This document shows, in pieces, positions 1 to 11,920 of a stretch of 64,000 nucleotides of DNA (the first letter of the stretch is position 1; every line of letters starts with the position of its first letter). The position numbers and the translations under genes are program-made. The notes under the pieces were generated by a model. The model had not been told where the DNA came from. It did no database searches and saw only the letters and a list, made by a program, of their open reading frames with translations. The stretch comes from Phoronis australis (Eukaryota; Animalia; Phoronida): contig NMRA01000008.1 of the NCBI GenBank assembly GCA_002633005.1, positions 231,019-295,018 of the forward strand, read 5' to 3'.

Positions 1-363
1 ATGGTGTAAGGTACATGTACAGGCATGATGTAAGGTACATGTACAGGTATGGTGTAAGGTACATGTACAGACATGATGTAAGGTACATGTACAGGTATGG
101 TGTAAGGTACATGTACAGGCATGATGTACGGTACATGTACAGACATGGTGTAAGGTACATGTACAGACATGGTGTAAGGTACATGTACAGACATGAAGTA
201 AGGTACATGTGCAGACACGATGTAAGATACATTTACAGGCATGGTGTAAGGTACATGTACAGGTATGGTGTAAGGTACATGTACAGAAATGGTGTAAGGT
301 ACATGTACAGGCATGGTGTAAGGTACATGTACAGGCATGATGTAAGGTACACCTACAGGCATG
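1..363. repeat. 24-bp minisatellite (~15 copies, truncated by window start)
   Basis: Unit ATGGTGTAAGGTACATGTACAGGC with point variants; it explains the MYRHGVRY-repeat ORF 15..389. Most units contain the palindrome GTACATGTAC. Confidence 0.95.
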
Positions 364-738
364 AAGAATCTGGCCGTAATTCGATCTAAGACCGTAGTTT
401 TGTGTAGGCCTACGAGGTCTGTACGTTTCAAGCACCAGTCAATGAAAAGCAAATTTGAAATTCAGAAATATCGTTATGGCATAATTATCTCCACCTCGGC
501 CATTCTCAACTTTACCCCTCCCCTGCAGTGGTCGTGACCAAAATTTCGAATTTCCAGCCGCCAATGAATAGATTGTCAGCAGCCCTTAATGTTAACTTGC
601 TGTCATGGTAGCACGTTGGTAGCATGTTGTTTATGATTTTTTATCCTTTTGCTCTCTTCGAGTCCCCCAGCCCCAAAACCTTATGATTACAAGCTTAGTT
701 TTTGAAAGGTGGATGGTTTCCGCTATGAGCAGACGTTC

Positions 739-1293
739 TTACGTTTTTGCAGTTAGCAGCGTTGTTGCCTCGCCAAAGTCAATAAGATATATTTTGGCGT
801 CACTGCCCACACTAACTGCTTCAACCAGAACATTGTCCGCCTTAATATCATTGATGAGGACCCCTCTCGCGTGAACTTCTTTTACAGCTTGCACTATCCT
901 TAAAGATACTCGGATCCAAAAATTAGGCTTGTATTTTAAAGTGGCATTCTTGAAATATCGGAATAGCGTCATGCCATTGGCGACATAGTCCATCACCAGG
1001 GCGAAAGACTCGTTCTCGTGTTCATCTCTGACAACCAACACCCCGTAGACACGAGGCACTACACCAGTGACCTCGAGCCGCTTGTAGATCATGTATTCCT
1101 GGCCAGGGTTGCGACGGTTGTATTTCTTCAGGCACACTGTAATTGTATTGCCTGTTTCCATGGTCAGAAGTCCTTTATAGACTACACCGCTTACCCCTTC
1201 ACCAATTGTCAGAAGATCACCAGACCATGATTTCTTGAAGCTTAAAAATGGAAGATTGTAAATGCACATATTGGCTTGCTTATCAAAAGGCAC
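739..1293 (-). CDS. Protein kinase domain, N-lobe through DFG (exon or pseudogene fragment)
   Basis: Gly-loop IGEGVSGVVY, VCLKK (VAIK-like), catalytic loop INDIKADN, LIDFG. Ends before the APE motif at AAAAC|GTAAGA, which could be a splice donor rather than a true stop. Confidence 0.75.
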   Translation of the reverse strand: MPFDKQANMCIYNLPFLSFKKSWSGDLLTIGEGVSGVVYKGLLTMETGNTITVCLKKYNRRNPGQEYMIYKRLEVTGVVPRVYGVLVVRDEHENESFALVMDYVANGMTLFRYFKNATLKYKPNFWIRVSLRIVQAVKEVHARGVLINDIKADNVLVEAVSVGSDAKIYLIDFGEATTLLTAKT

Positions 1294-2461
1294 CTTTTCT
1301 CGAAAGAGAATTTCTCAACTATTCTTCCCTTAAGACTATGAATTTCGGTTGTAAAATATTGTTATTTCCAGTAATACTCCTGTTGCATATTGGTGGCTAA
1401 TTAGGCTACATAATAGTCTAAATAATTAGTAAAAGGATACTGGCTTGAACATCATGATGGTCTAATTTCATCTCTATAAAGATAACCACCCATTGTCTCA
1501 CCGATGATGTCTTCAAAGTCGAAAAAAGACACTGTTGCAGCTATGGTCATTTTTATTGGCCGTCAGAATGATTAGCTTTATTCACAGTGTTCCTAATTTT
1601 AGAGTCTTACTTTGCTTAAATTACAGGGTGACCAAAAACGTCAATACCCTTTCTGTTTCGTTCACTACAAAGCTTTGCAACTCAAAATTACTATAATCGA
1701 ATGTTGTTTTTACCAAATTGCAGAAGATAACGTTGGTTCGTTACCGCTTTTTTGTCTGTTTCACATGGCATTGTTGACCCTTGTTGTTTCAAAGATACGA
1801 ATGATCGTTTGATAGTGGTTAATTCTGAACGTTACATTGCGGTGCTTGCCAAGTTTCAGAGAGCTTTTAAAATGATGTGTTAGAAGGGATTAGCAACGGT
1901 TCATAATGATGAGTACGATACCGTCACTCTGCATACAGTTTTAACATTAAAGTGTGACACTTGGTTTACTTAGGCTGTGATTTGCTGGGAAAGTCATCAG
2001 CCAAAGATTTGACATTGAATGCACAGCATATTCCGGTTTGAATCGGGTTATTTGAAATATCTTGTGTACACAAATATCTCAACAACATTGAGGAACTGAA
2101 GAGAAAATCACTGTAAAATCCCACAGTACACAACTCGACGAATGTAGTCGAGTGATCAACACTTAGTATTCGACGCCTACAAGTGTGTTCGCAGCAAAAC
2201 ACTGGGGAAAAACAGCAATTTAAGCAGGCAATAAAACGATAAGAAACGAACATTTTTGGGGAAATTTGGTAGAAAGATCACCCACTTGTACTAATTTTTC
2301 TTTTGTAAGGTTTGGTAGTGATCTTGTAAAGCAAAAACGCTGGAAAAATTTTTGGGTCACCCTGTGCTTATTACATCTTATAAATCCAGTAAAAGCGTTG
2401 CCTTGCGTACGCATTACACTGCAGGTGGATGGTGCTACTGCGATGGTGAAAACAGACTCAC

Positions 2462-3621
2462 CTAAATGTGTATGGATTGATTACTTTAATGTCCGGATAC
2501 GTGGGTAACCTCTTCACAGTTGGTGAGTATTTTACCCACAATTTTTCAGACTGCTTGCATTGGTGTTCAGCGTGACCACTCGGTGGAAGATTTATGTGTA
2601 AATGGCTGACGCCACTGGATTTCATGCCCGCGCTGTGGGGTACCATGAAATTTACTTTCTGTGCTCCCCTCTCGTGTTGTGGGGACAGTGAGTCTTTTGT
2701 TGAAGATCTGTACGGAAGGGCAGAACCGTCCGTCCGCGACATGAGAAATTCAACTAGTTTTACTTCTGGAAGAGAGTGAGCTGTAATCAATTTCATCTCT
2801 CCGTTTTGTCCGCTCGTCTCTTCTTCCATTCCGTCTTCACCTCTCCCCTTCAAAACTCGGGGTCTTTGCAGAGACAACTCGCTACAAGTTGACTGCCTTG
2901 GATGATTACCATGAGAAGGGCGTATTTTAACAATGTTGTGTCCCCAGGACGCTCTGGAAATTGTTGTATCGATTCTTTCCCAATCGGCCTTGCTTTCTGT
3001 TTCATCGCCAGGCGATCTAGAAACGCGTCTGTCTTTGGTAGGTTCATTATTGACATCAGCGTTTCCCAATGAGTCGTGTGGATTGTAGCCGTTTTGGGAG
3101 ATGTGTTTGGCAATGTTAGTGTAGTCAAAACCATGTAACCGTGTTTCAAAATGCTGATTTGAATCTTTGGAATTTGGAGACACTGGCAGTTCCTTCTGCG
3201 TTCCCATCATCTCGATCATACACTGGTCGCACTTACAATCTCCAATGCCATCTTCTCCTTCAACCGATCTACTAGTTAGTGCTTTTCGAACTCCCTTTAT
3301 GTCAAGTAGATCGCAAAGATTGCCGGGCTTAGTAGAGGCGGTAGGGAAATCTAGATGCTCTTTTCTTGTAGTTTGAGCATGTCTTTGAAGACGCTGTTGT
3401 CGAAAGTATGGGTATAGGTGGTCGCTCCGACCCACTCTCCTATTATCATAACTTGAATCACGTTTACAGAGAATACGTTTCGATGAATCATGTCTTTCTT
3501 TCAAAGAGTCCTTGTCGGCATTGGCGAAATCTATTCCCAGCATCCTTTCTGGGGCCTGTTTTCTCTCACCCGCGAGTGATTCTGGCGTTTGCGAATCTCC
3601 CCACGTGGCAAGANACTTCAA
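2462..3621 (-). CDS. Large exon-like ORF encoding a disordered, charged 387-aa segment; possibly 5' part of the kinase gene
   Basis: Longest ORF in the supplied track; ends at a consensus donor TTTAG|GTGAGT (2462/2461); 5' end obscured by N at 3614. A phase-compatible candidate next exon lies at about 1970-2177. No recognisable domain. Confidence 0.5.
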
Positions 3622-3965
3622 TTTTTAAAGAAAATGGAATCTGAGTGACGATGAAACACAGAAGCTGCTGGTAAGATGTGAATTTTAATCGAAGCCTTAG
3701 TGAATCACTCAGAAACTCGCAATACTCTCTTTGTCAAACCTTATCTTAAGACGATTTCCAAAGCAATCACGTCATTATTGCCAACACGAAAAATGGATTT
3801 GGTCTATTGGGCATTTGAAGACTATTTCAAATACGACAAATTTGTTAAGAATTGATGGCACAAAATATAAAACGTGTAACAAGCATTACAAAAAGAAGTA
3901 GGTTTCGCGCGCAAACTCTGTGGACCATAAACAAGTAGGTCTTTTAGTATGGAGTAAGTGGTGAA

Positions 3966-4030
3966 GTCGCGGTGGTGTAGTGGTTACGCGCGCGCGCTCT
4001 ATCCGCCAGGTTGTGAGTTCGAGTCTTTGG
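3966..4030 (+). mobile_element. tRNA-derived SINE-like head
   Basis: A-box-like TGGTGTAGTGG and B-box-like GAGTTCGAGTC at tRNA-like spacing; no complete cloverleaf. Confidence 0.45.
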
Positions 4031-4379
4031 TATTTGCACTTTTTCCTGTTTGACACGTTCTCCGTTTTTTTTGCCTTTTTTCTTGGATAATACTTCAGGA
4101 ATCAAGGAAAATGCTTGATTTTTAGAGGTAAAAACAGGGTTTGCCCCCCTCCCGACCTCCCCCCATTCGGTGCTATGAGCATCTACAATCGTTCAGTTTG
4201 CGCAAATGCTTACAGCCGGACAAAATGTTGGGCCCCCCCTTGTGATATCCTAGATCCGCCACTGCTATGTAACGGATTCGAGTCCAATAGACATTCCGGT
4301 AGCTACGCTATACATAATGGTATTTACCCATCTTTCCACAAACACACATACGTGCATAAATCAGTGTGTTGAGATCACT

Positions 4380-5700
4380 CGATAAAAGCTTCTGCAAAAA
4401 CTTTTTAGTCTGTTCGCAATGCATCCAGCTGCTAAATAAATTTATAAACTCAATATATCAAGATAATAGGTCACCAATTTCTCAGTAACTGTTTGGGTTT
4501 ATCAGGTTTAGGTGCACATGTTACAGTACCAGGGCTGAGTTGCATAAAGCTTCAAAAGTTATCTGCTGAATAAGTTTGATTGTTGCATGACGTCAGGTGC
4601 ATTGTTCAACAATGACGTGACGTGTAACGCGTGATAATGCGACGCTATTGTTGCTATGCGGTGTATAACTTTTATGCAATTGGGCCCAGTTCTTTGAGTC
4701 ATAGACACTTCAGTTTGAAGAAACTTAAATTGATATGTCGCACAATAATCTGTTTCAAATCATCCCAGAAATATTTAATGAACTCGGCTGAAAACCCATT
4801 TGAGCCAGGGCTTTTATCTTTGCTCATATTTTTTAAAACCTGAAGCAACTCGTTTAAAGTAACCTTCCCCTCTACGTCATAGGTTTCACAAATTGACAAG
4901 ACAGGTGAAGAACACTCTTGTAATATTTGTTTAATGTCAAAATTATAGTCACTTTTCTTAGTATACGGCTGTTGATAAAAATTTGTTGTGTCTTTGAGTA
5001 TTTCTTTTTTAGTCTCTTATGATGTGTCCTGAATTCAATTCAATATTAAAAACAAGTTTGCTGCAGTAATGTCTGGATCCCAAACTACAATAGTATTTTA
5101 ATAGACGCTCTCCGTTTTCAATCCAGTTTGCTTTTGAACGAATGTGTCCTTTAAGTTTTCTTTTCTTATATTTAATAAGTCGTTTTTTGATTTGTTGTTA
5201 ATAGTTTCCACGACAGATTCACGGAGAAAGTAAATTTTCCAACGAACATGTTCCTTCTTCTAGTTTTTTTTTCTTTGTTATCTCTTAGCACCTTTTTATG
5301 AACTGAGTAAGAAATAGTCTTAGCCCATATTTTCATGAACAGTACGCCTAAAATTAGCTTATTGTCAATACTAAAGTGTACTTCATCATTTGCCAAATTA
5401 TCAACTGCATCCGAATTGTGAATCGGAAAGGAATGTTGTCTTTTCATTGAATTTATTTTTTATTTTTAATTTTGTGAGGCATATTCTTCGTCACTTAACA
5501 AACTGTTATCGAACTTCCAAAGCCCCTTTCCCCGAAACAATTTCTCTATATTTTATGCACTTCAAAAACCCCGATATGTCAGATCGATAATTTTTGAATA
5601 CTGAAATCGCTAATAAAGTGGCTAAGTTTTTTCGTGGCGAGAAAAAAGTCTAGTCTAGCCTGTTTCAGAGGAGTTTTGCATATCCACGTAAATCCTTCAA
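4380..5700 (-). mobile_element. Degenerate L1/Tx1-like LINE ORF2 fragment (endonuclease C-terminus to RT start)
   Basis: Frameshifted minus-strand motifs FTWICKTPLKQARLDFF, GKGLWKFDNSLL, KSPGSNGFSAEFIKYFWDDL, TCAPKPDKPKQLLRNW; many stops. Confidence 0.85.
4533..4686. mobile_element. PIF/Harbinger-like MITE inserted in the LINE
   Basis: Imperfect TIRs GGCTGAGTTGCATAAAG / CTTTTATGCAATTGGGCC with CAG flanks; interrupts the LINE reading frame. Confidence 0.55.
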
Positions 5701-5721
5701 GCATCAAAGTAAGGCAGTAGT

Positions 5722-6470
5722 TATTTACCTATTTGCGTTGGTCTCCAAGCATCTTTTAATGCGACGTTCCCTTTTCTTATCTTCCTCCACAGCTCTTGGT
5801 TTATCCACGGATCAGACCTGTAAAACTATACGAGACCGTACAAAATACCACCATATGTATCACTCAGTTGACGCTGCTGAAACAATTTGCGCATCGACCC
5901 TATACTACATAACTGCCACAATAATTTTCACATGAAAAATGATCAAGGGAAGTGCCGAGTTAAAAGGGTTTTCAGTGCTCCATACAAAGTCTGGTCATAC
6001 TTATTTGAGCTACCCGTTGTCGTCGCAATTATTCTACCTCTCACAACCTCCCAAACCCCACACCCCACCCCAACCCCACTCACAGTTACCAACATNTATT
6101 TACCTATTTGCGTTGGTCTCCAAGCATCTTTTAATGCGACGTTCCCTTTTCTTATCTTCCTCCACAGCTCTTGGTTTATCCACGGATCAGACCTGTAAAA
6201 CTATAGGAGACCGTACAAAATACCACCATATGTATCACTCAGTTGACGCTGCTGAAACAATTTGCGCATCGACCCTATACTACATAACTGCCAAAATAAT
6301 TTTCACATGAAAAATGATCAAGGGAAGTGCCGAGTTAAAAGGGTTTTCAGTGCTCCATACAAAGTCTGGTCATACTTATTTGAGCTACCCGTTGTCGTCG
6401 CAATTATTCTACCTCTCACAACCTCCCAAACCCCACACCCCACCCCAACCCCACTCACAGTTACCAACAT
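5722..6470. repeat. 374-bp tandem duplication joined by one N (probable assembly artefact)
   Basis: 5722-6095 and 6097-6470 are near-identical (two substitutions seen); N at 6096. Confidence 0.9.
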
Positions 6471-8587
6471 AACTCGCCACCACAATCCCTTCGTGAGCCA
6501 GTTATTGAGCTACTCCCGCTCAGTCGTCAGTTTTCATCCCCCCTCGCGTTCAGCGCTTCAACTTTCGAGGTGGTCCTGTACGTGTCTACGAGGCAGGATC
6601 ACTTGGACCTGCGAAGTTGCAACTTAGTTAACAAAATGAATATTTCGGACGTTTTGGTCGCAGAAAATCTTCACCTTCATTTTTACACGGAGACAAAATT
6701 TAATGTAACATCTTGTGAAAGAAAGACTCAATACCCGACCGGGGTCATTTTTAAAATGACCTCTCCTGTCTTGCGATTATCCAACAAGTAACAGTTGGGA
6801 GACTCGCTGCTTTGCGACAGAAACTGTCAAAAAATAAGTTGGAGACCCAAGGGGGCCCGTTCCAAGAAACGTACTTAAGTTCATTTTTGATTTAAGTTTT
6901 ACGATTTGTCTTAAATTCCAAACTCTGAAACTCCCTGGCATTGCTTCATGAATTTAAAAACAAAATTACATCGTAACTTTGTTCAAGTGCACTTACTAAA
7001 CTTTCGTCGTCATCCACAACTCTGGTACAACACGTGCACCGTAATAACGAAGACATCTTTCAAACACTCTGAGCAAGAAAAAATGTGTTAAAAGCTTAAG
7101 ACGTGAAACAATCGTTACTAGAATGACGTTGATGCATTGAAAACGTCATACGGTGAACTTACACACATGTCAACCATTTTTTGCTCTAACCAGTAGCAAT
7201 TTTTGTAAAAGTCAAAGCGAAGATTTGAAAACTTTTCTATGATCAGCGGCAAAAATACGTATTGTCGAAAATACGTAGCATTTTGGCGCAACGCCGGGTA
7301 GCACTACAAAAACGACAAAAATACGTAGCAAATACGTAATCCCCCAAGAACTTATGAGTCATAGGGCTGGGGTCATCAAGTGCGAACTAGATGTTAGTTT
7401 TATCCAGATAGAGGAATAATATACCGGAGCAAAGAATAACAGGCAATTGCGATAAGTTCAAGTTTTTAGTTTTATTATTTTTTAATATTCGCTGTTCTGC
7501 TTTATGTAGAACAAAAATATCCAAAATAATTTGGAGTTCGAAGGCTATAGACACGAATCAACGAGATTTAACTTTTATGATTATAATTTCCAATTTTGGA
7601 CAATGTCCAGCAAGTAAAAACCATCGCGATTCCAGGGAATGCTCAAACCCAATTTTTGACAAGGAACGGTGTAGCTGAAAACAGTGCCGCCGCGCTCATT
7701 CCTTTGCCTGCAGCCAGCCACTAAAACGTTCGGAAAGCGAAAACCTCATTGTCAGTTCTTGTAATTTCGCATCGATGCGTATCATGGTAGTTTCTTTGGT
7801 CCTCTTTTGATCAATACCATTACCCTACTAAAGTGTTAGGCGTGAAAATAAACTTTTTATTAGCCAACGACGCGCTACCAAGTACGTATCGTGGAGATTT
7901 CGACGGTACACCAAAGAAAGTATATCTTTGAGTATACCCACATTTGTAACAGTCTTTCGCGCTGCGCTTTCCTAATCGGACTAACTTTAGTCCGCTCGTT
8001 GATTAGGGCTTTTCGAATGAACTTTATAGCCGTCCTAAATTTAGACCGGTCTGGATAACATTTAGTTTTGGGTCTGAAAGTTTTATTGTGGTCATGAAAG
8101 GCCAGTCCGGCGGCATCGTTCTAAATCCATAATGCGAAAGGCCGTAAAAATCGTTTAACTAAACGTAAACGTGTACAATTCACTCGGAATCCAAATAACA
8201 TTTTGTCCCACTTCATGGTCACCACCCTACTTTTAAAAAAGAAGACTATGTGAAAAATATTTTTTTGTAGAATGCGGGTTCGTAGCATTGAAGGTGAAAC
8301 ACAATCCTTTTAAATTATGCATGAAAAGATCACCTTTAAATCAAAATTTTATTCAATTACGACATGATTTCATCTAATTACATGTAAAATGTAAATAAAG
8401 ATATAAACACAGCAGCATTTACAAGTTTATGATACACATCTTGTCAATAAACTATCCCAAGTTGTAGTATACATAATAGAATTTCACACCATGATTTACT
8501 CTGCAACACAGAGATATATAACGCAGCGTATATAAAATGAGAAGATTGGTCTCCAAACCACACAGGACGAACAATCAATTTCACAAT

Positions 8588-8768
8588 CAGGCGTGCGTTC
8601 AGTAGACGCTAGGACCTACGCTAGGACCTACGCTAGGACCTACGCTAGGACCTAGCCAAAAGCTAGTCAAGTTCACGTGCTCTTATTTAAAATACAAGGC
8701 AATATCTCGCGTAATCTCGCAAAGTCTTGCTTTTAAGCTAGGTCCTAGCGTTACTGAACGGGAGGCAG
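8588..8768. mobile_element. MITE (CAG flanks) with internal 12-bp tandem expansion, within the putative RTKN 3' UTR
   Basis: Inverted repeats CGTTCAGTAGACGCTAGGACC / GGTCCTAGCGTTACTGAACG; CGCTAGGACCTA x4; second copy at 38305-38460. Confidence 0.75.
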
Positions 8769-10305
8769 ATTTTACTTTTTCCATATCTTCACCACCTCAC
8801 CAGAATTATGCACAACCACAATATCAGGATAATACGCATCAAGTTACCCAGTTCTAATCAAATGTCCACATTTACTTTCCCTTTCTCAAAGCTCGAATTT
8901 TATTTGCGACTTGACTTGAATTTCATGCAACAAAATTGGAGAGTTTTTAGGTAGTTTTGCGTGAAGTTTTGGTAGTAATGTGCCCAGAACGCTTAACAGA
9001 TCATAGTTTTTATTCAAGAGCTGTGAACTATACAGGGTTCTTCAAAAAGTTGGATGGCATAAATTTCTAATCTATACTAGCTTCATCCTGCATTTTTAAA
9101 CAAAAAAAGTTTTAACTGGAATTGACATCTTTGAACATTCATTCAATAATATTTGAAAAAGTCCCAAAGTCAACACAATGTTGTTATCACCAAAAACAAA
9201 CGTTTATGGAAATTTAATACATTTAAAGGGGCACTACAAATCTTGGAACAATAGTATGAGAAACATAGTTGGTGAGAAATCTAGTTAACCATGACAACAA
9301 ACAATTTCAGTCGCAAAAATGTTGCCACAAACACGGCATCACTACCACATTTAATGTCATGGGCATAGACTACAGTCTACTTCGTTGCCTTTTATGAGAG
9401 AACGCAACCTTTCTACAATGACATCACCCTACAGACTGGACAAATAGCTAGATAATCTATATACATAACCTTAAATAATATCAATAACAATAATCTCATC
9501 CAAGTACAAGCAATCCTGTTGATGTCATTCCAAATTTCACTATCCATCAACAAATTTCCCGACCACTATACTATTTGCTTCCTGTCGTTATTTAACGCAC
9601 GTCTGTTAATGGCAGGCAACAACAAAACACCTCTTGTAACCAGTCAATCACAAATCCTTTATCAGACTGGCAAAGATTAGAAAACCTAACAAAGTAACAG
9701 TTTTCTGTCTTTGTTCATGTTAAAGTTCTCTGAAAACCCAAAGCGAGGAGACCAGAACATTTAATGCAGTTCATCAACCTTCAAATTCCAGTATTGTTAG
9801 TAAAAACAGTGATTAGGCCAAAAAGCATGATTCCAGTTTACCCCCTGACTCGTTCTGAAACCTGAAAGAAAGCACCCCCTCCATTTTCTGGAAAGTTCTC
9901 CAATTTTTTGAAAAGCCAAATGAAAGCCCCCAAACTAGTAGCTAATCAAATCATCCACAATCTCATCTTTAGTGACTTTCAATTGAATAGCAATAGGCTG
10001 TAAACACTGTCACAAAGTAATCAGCTTCTTACAGCCTTACTTGTGCAGACTAGATAGCAAATTTAAATCTGTACAACGGAACATGGACTCGCATCACTAG
10101 GACAGGTTGAAAAAACAGTTAATCCACATGTATATAATAGGCCAAGAAGCCGGCCTCTGTAGCGCATCAAGATTCCCAAAACAAAACGTATAAAATGAGA
10201 AATGCAAGTCTTTGACGCACCACAGGAACAAGTCACGTGTAATAGCCCAGGCACTTGACCGTGTGACACTCGGCGTGTGCACAAAGAACAACAATGGTGA
10301 GCGCA

Positions 10306-10433
10306 CTATGAGTCCCGACTCGACTTTGAAGATTTCCTGGATGTGCGGCTGTTCTCTCGTGTGAGCCGGTTGTAGATTTTTGTGAGCGGCGAGTCTGTCT
10401 CGTCTTCAAAGCTCCCACTACTAGCGCCCTGAC
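10306..10433 (-). CDS. RTKN: Rhotekin terminal coding exon (GQGASSGSFEDETDSPLTKIYNRLTRENSRTSRKSSKSSRDS*)
   Basis: Acceptor TGTTGCAG|; phase 1 matches the upstream exon; TAG at 10308-10306. Confidence 0.7.
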
Positions 10434-11812
10434 CTGCAACACAGTGGTTCACTATCAATACCATTGTAAGGAGAACGTTATTTGAACCGCCAATTACAAG
10501 ACTGATTAGTCAATCTACCTTATAATGGGCAGCTTGATATCCGCAGCTAACCAAAACAAAATTAGTTGCCTGGCCTTGGATTGACCAATGACAAAAAAGA
10601 GGAAAATTTTCCAAGTTACGTATTGTTCCACAAATAAATAGGCTCGTGTGATAGAAATCTTTTTTTGTGTTGTAAAATTTAACTGAAATAAACATGAATA
10701 AAGTCTAAATAAAGATAAAAAGACGAAAAGCGGAAACTTGAGCTCAAATAAGAGAAAATCGAAACCAAAAAGGAGGAAATCCTTTTAAAAGAGGAAAATT
10801 CTAAGCCCTGAGTAGCATGCTATCTAAATTTCTAGCAAGTCACGTATCACATATAACAAGGATTTTGAAGCATAAATAGATTATCCCACATACATAGGAA
10901 TACTACTGCCATATGCTATTGAGAATTCATTTGATCTGGGAATGTCCCAACAAGACCGAAGGTCGAGTTGAGACATTCCCAGATGAAACGTTGACCCAGA
11001 TTGAAAATTCAGCGAGGCCCAAAAATAGCCGCCTCATCATCATGCGTCGGAACTTTCATCGGTAATTTTTTTCTGTTTTTTAGAACATTACAACTGCTTT
11101 TTCACCAACGACGCCTTGGACTGATGATTTGGGTAGCCCAAATGATCGAGCTCAATCAAATTTGGTTTTGCATACACGAATTTACTCGACAAGGAGACTG
11201 CTCACCAACCATGAAATATGGCTTCTATCGTAGTATACGGCCTCTACCATGGTATACTGATTGGCTCTACTTTCCCGTATGTCATAGTTGATAACGTGAT
11301 GTATACAACATGCATATTTTCATATGGGATAAAGCTAAAAGATGGATAAAGCTAAAAGATACACTATCCTATATGTGGAATGTGTAAGCCCACAGGGTTA
11401 CTTAAAAAAGAAGTCAGAATTATGATTTCCGATGGTTGGTACAATGAACACTACAATATGGGAAATAACGAAAGACAGGACATATCTATTTCACTAACGC
11501 ATACACAACGCATACTCAAAATGTATTCCCTCTAGTTTTAGGCTTCCATTTATGCTTAATTATATAAATGTATATTGTATGCAACAACCACTTGTTATGT
11601 GTTTCCATTTACACACCAAACATTTCCAAAAGCACACCTGCCCTACACATGAGCAAGTACAAAGTTCACAAACACGCCACTTTCCGAACACATGCCCTGG
11701 GGCATCAAGAATCACAAACAAGAAACTGGATCAAATTCAACACTATATTTCCAGGTACTGCAGTATTTCGACAGGAAATGCAAATTTGTCAGAAAGTGAT
11801 TGGCCAACATAC

Positions 11813-11920
11813 CACTGTGACGGATCTCGTCATACAACGAGCTCTTCCTCTCAAAGGGCTTCCTCTGAGGACTAGGTGACCGTATTTCCATCAGCTCCTC
11901 ACACGCATGTTTCCATAGGA
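11813..11920 (-). CDS. RTKN: Duplicate copy of rhotekin exon 14044-14151 (likely second allele)
   Basis: Same peptide and splice sites as 14044-14151; the differences seen are synonymous. Confidence 0.55.

Noticed and set aside
15-389. 124-aa repetitive ORF (MYRHGVRY)n
   Set aside because: By-product of a 24-bp minisatellite; no independent coding evidence.
3966-4030. Possible tRNA gene
   Set aside because: A and B boxes are present but the acceptor and anticodon stems do not pair; treated as SINE-like. Same for about 61126-61190.
5738-6627. Apparently duplicated small genes
   Set aside because: They fall in a 374-bp duplication around an N, have no recognisable domains, and are probably an assembly overlap.
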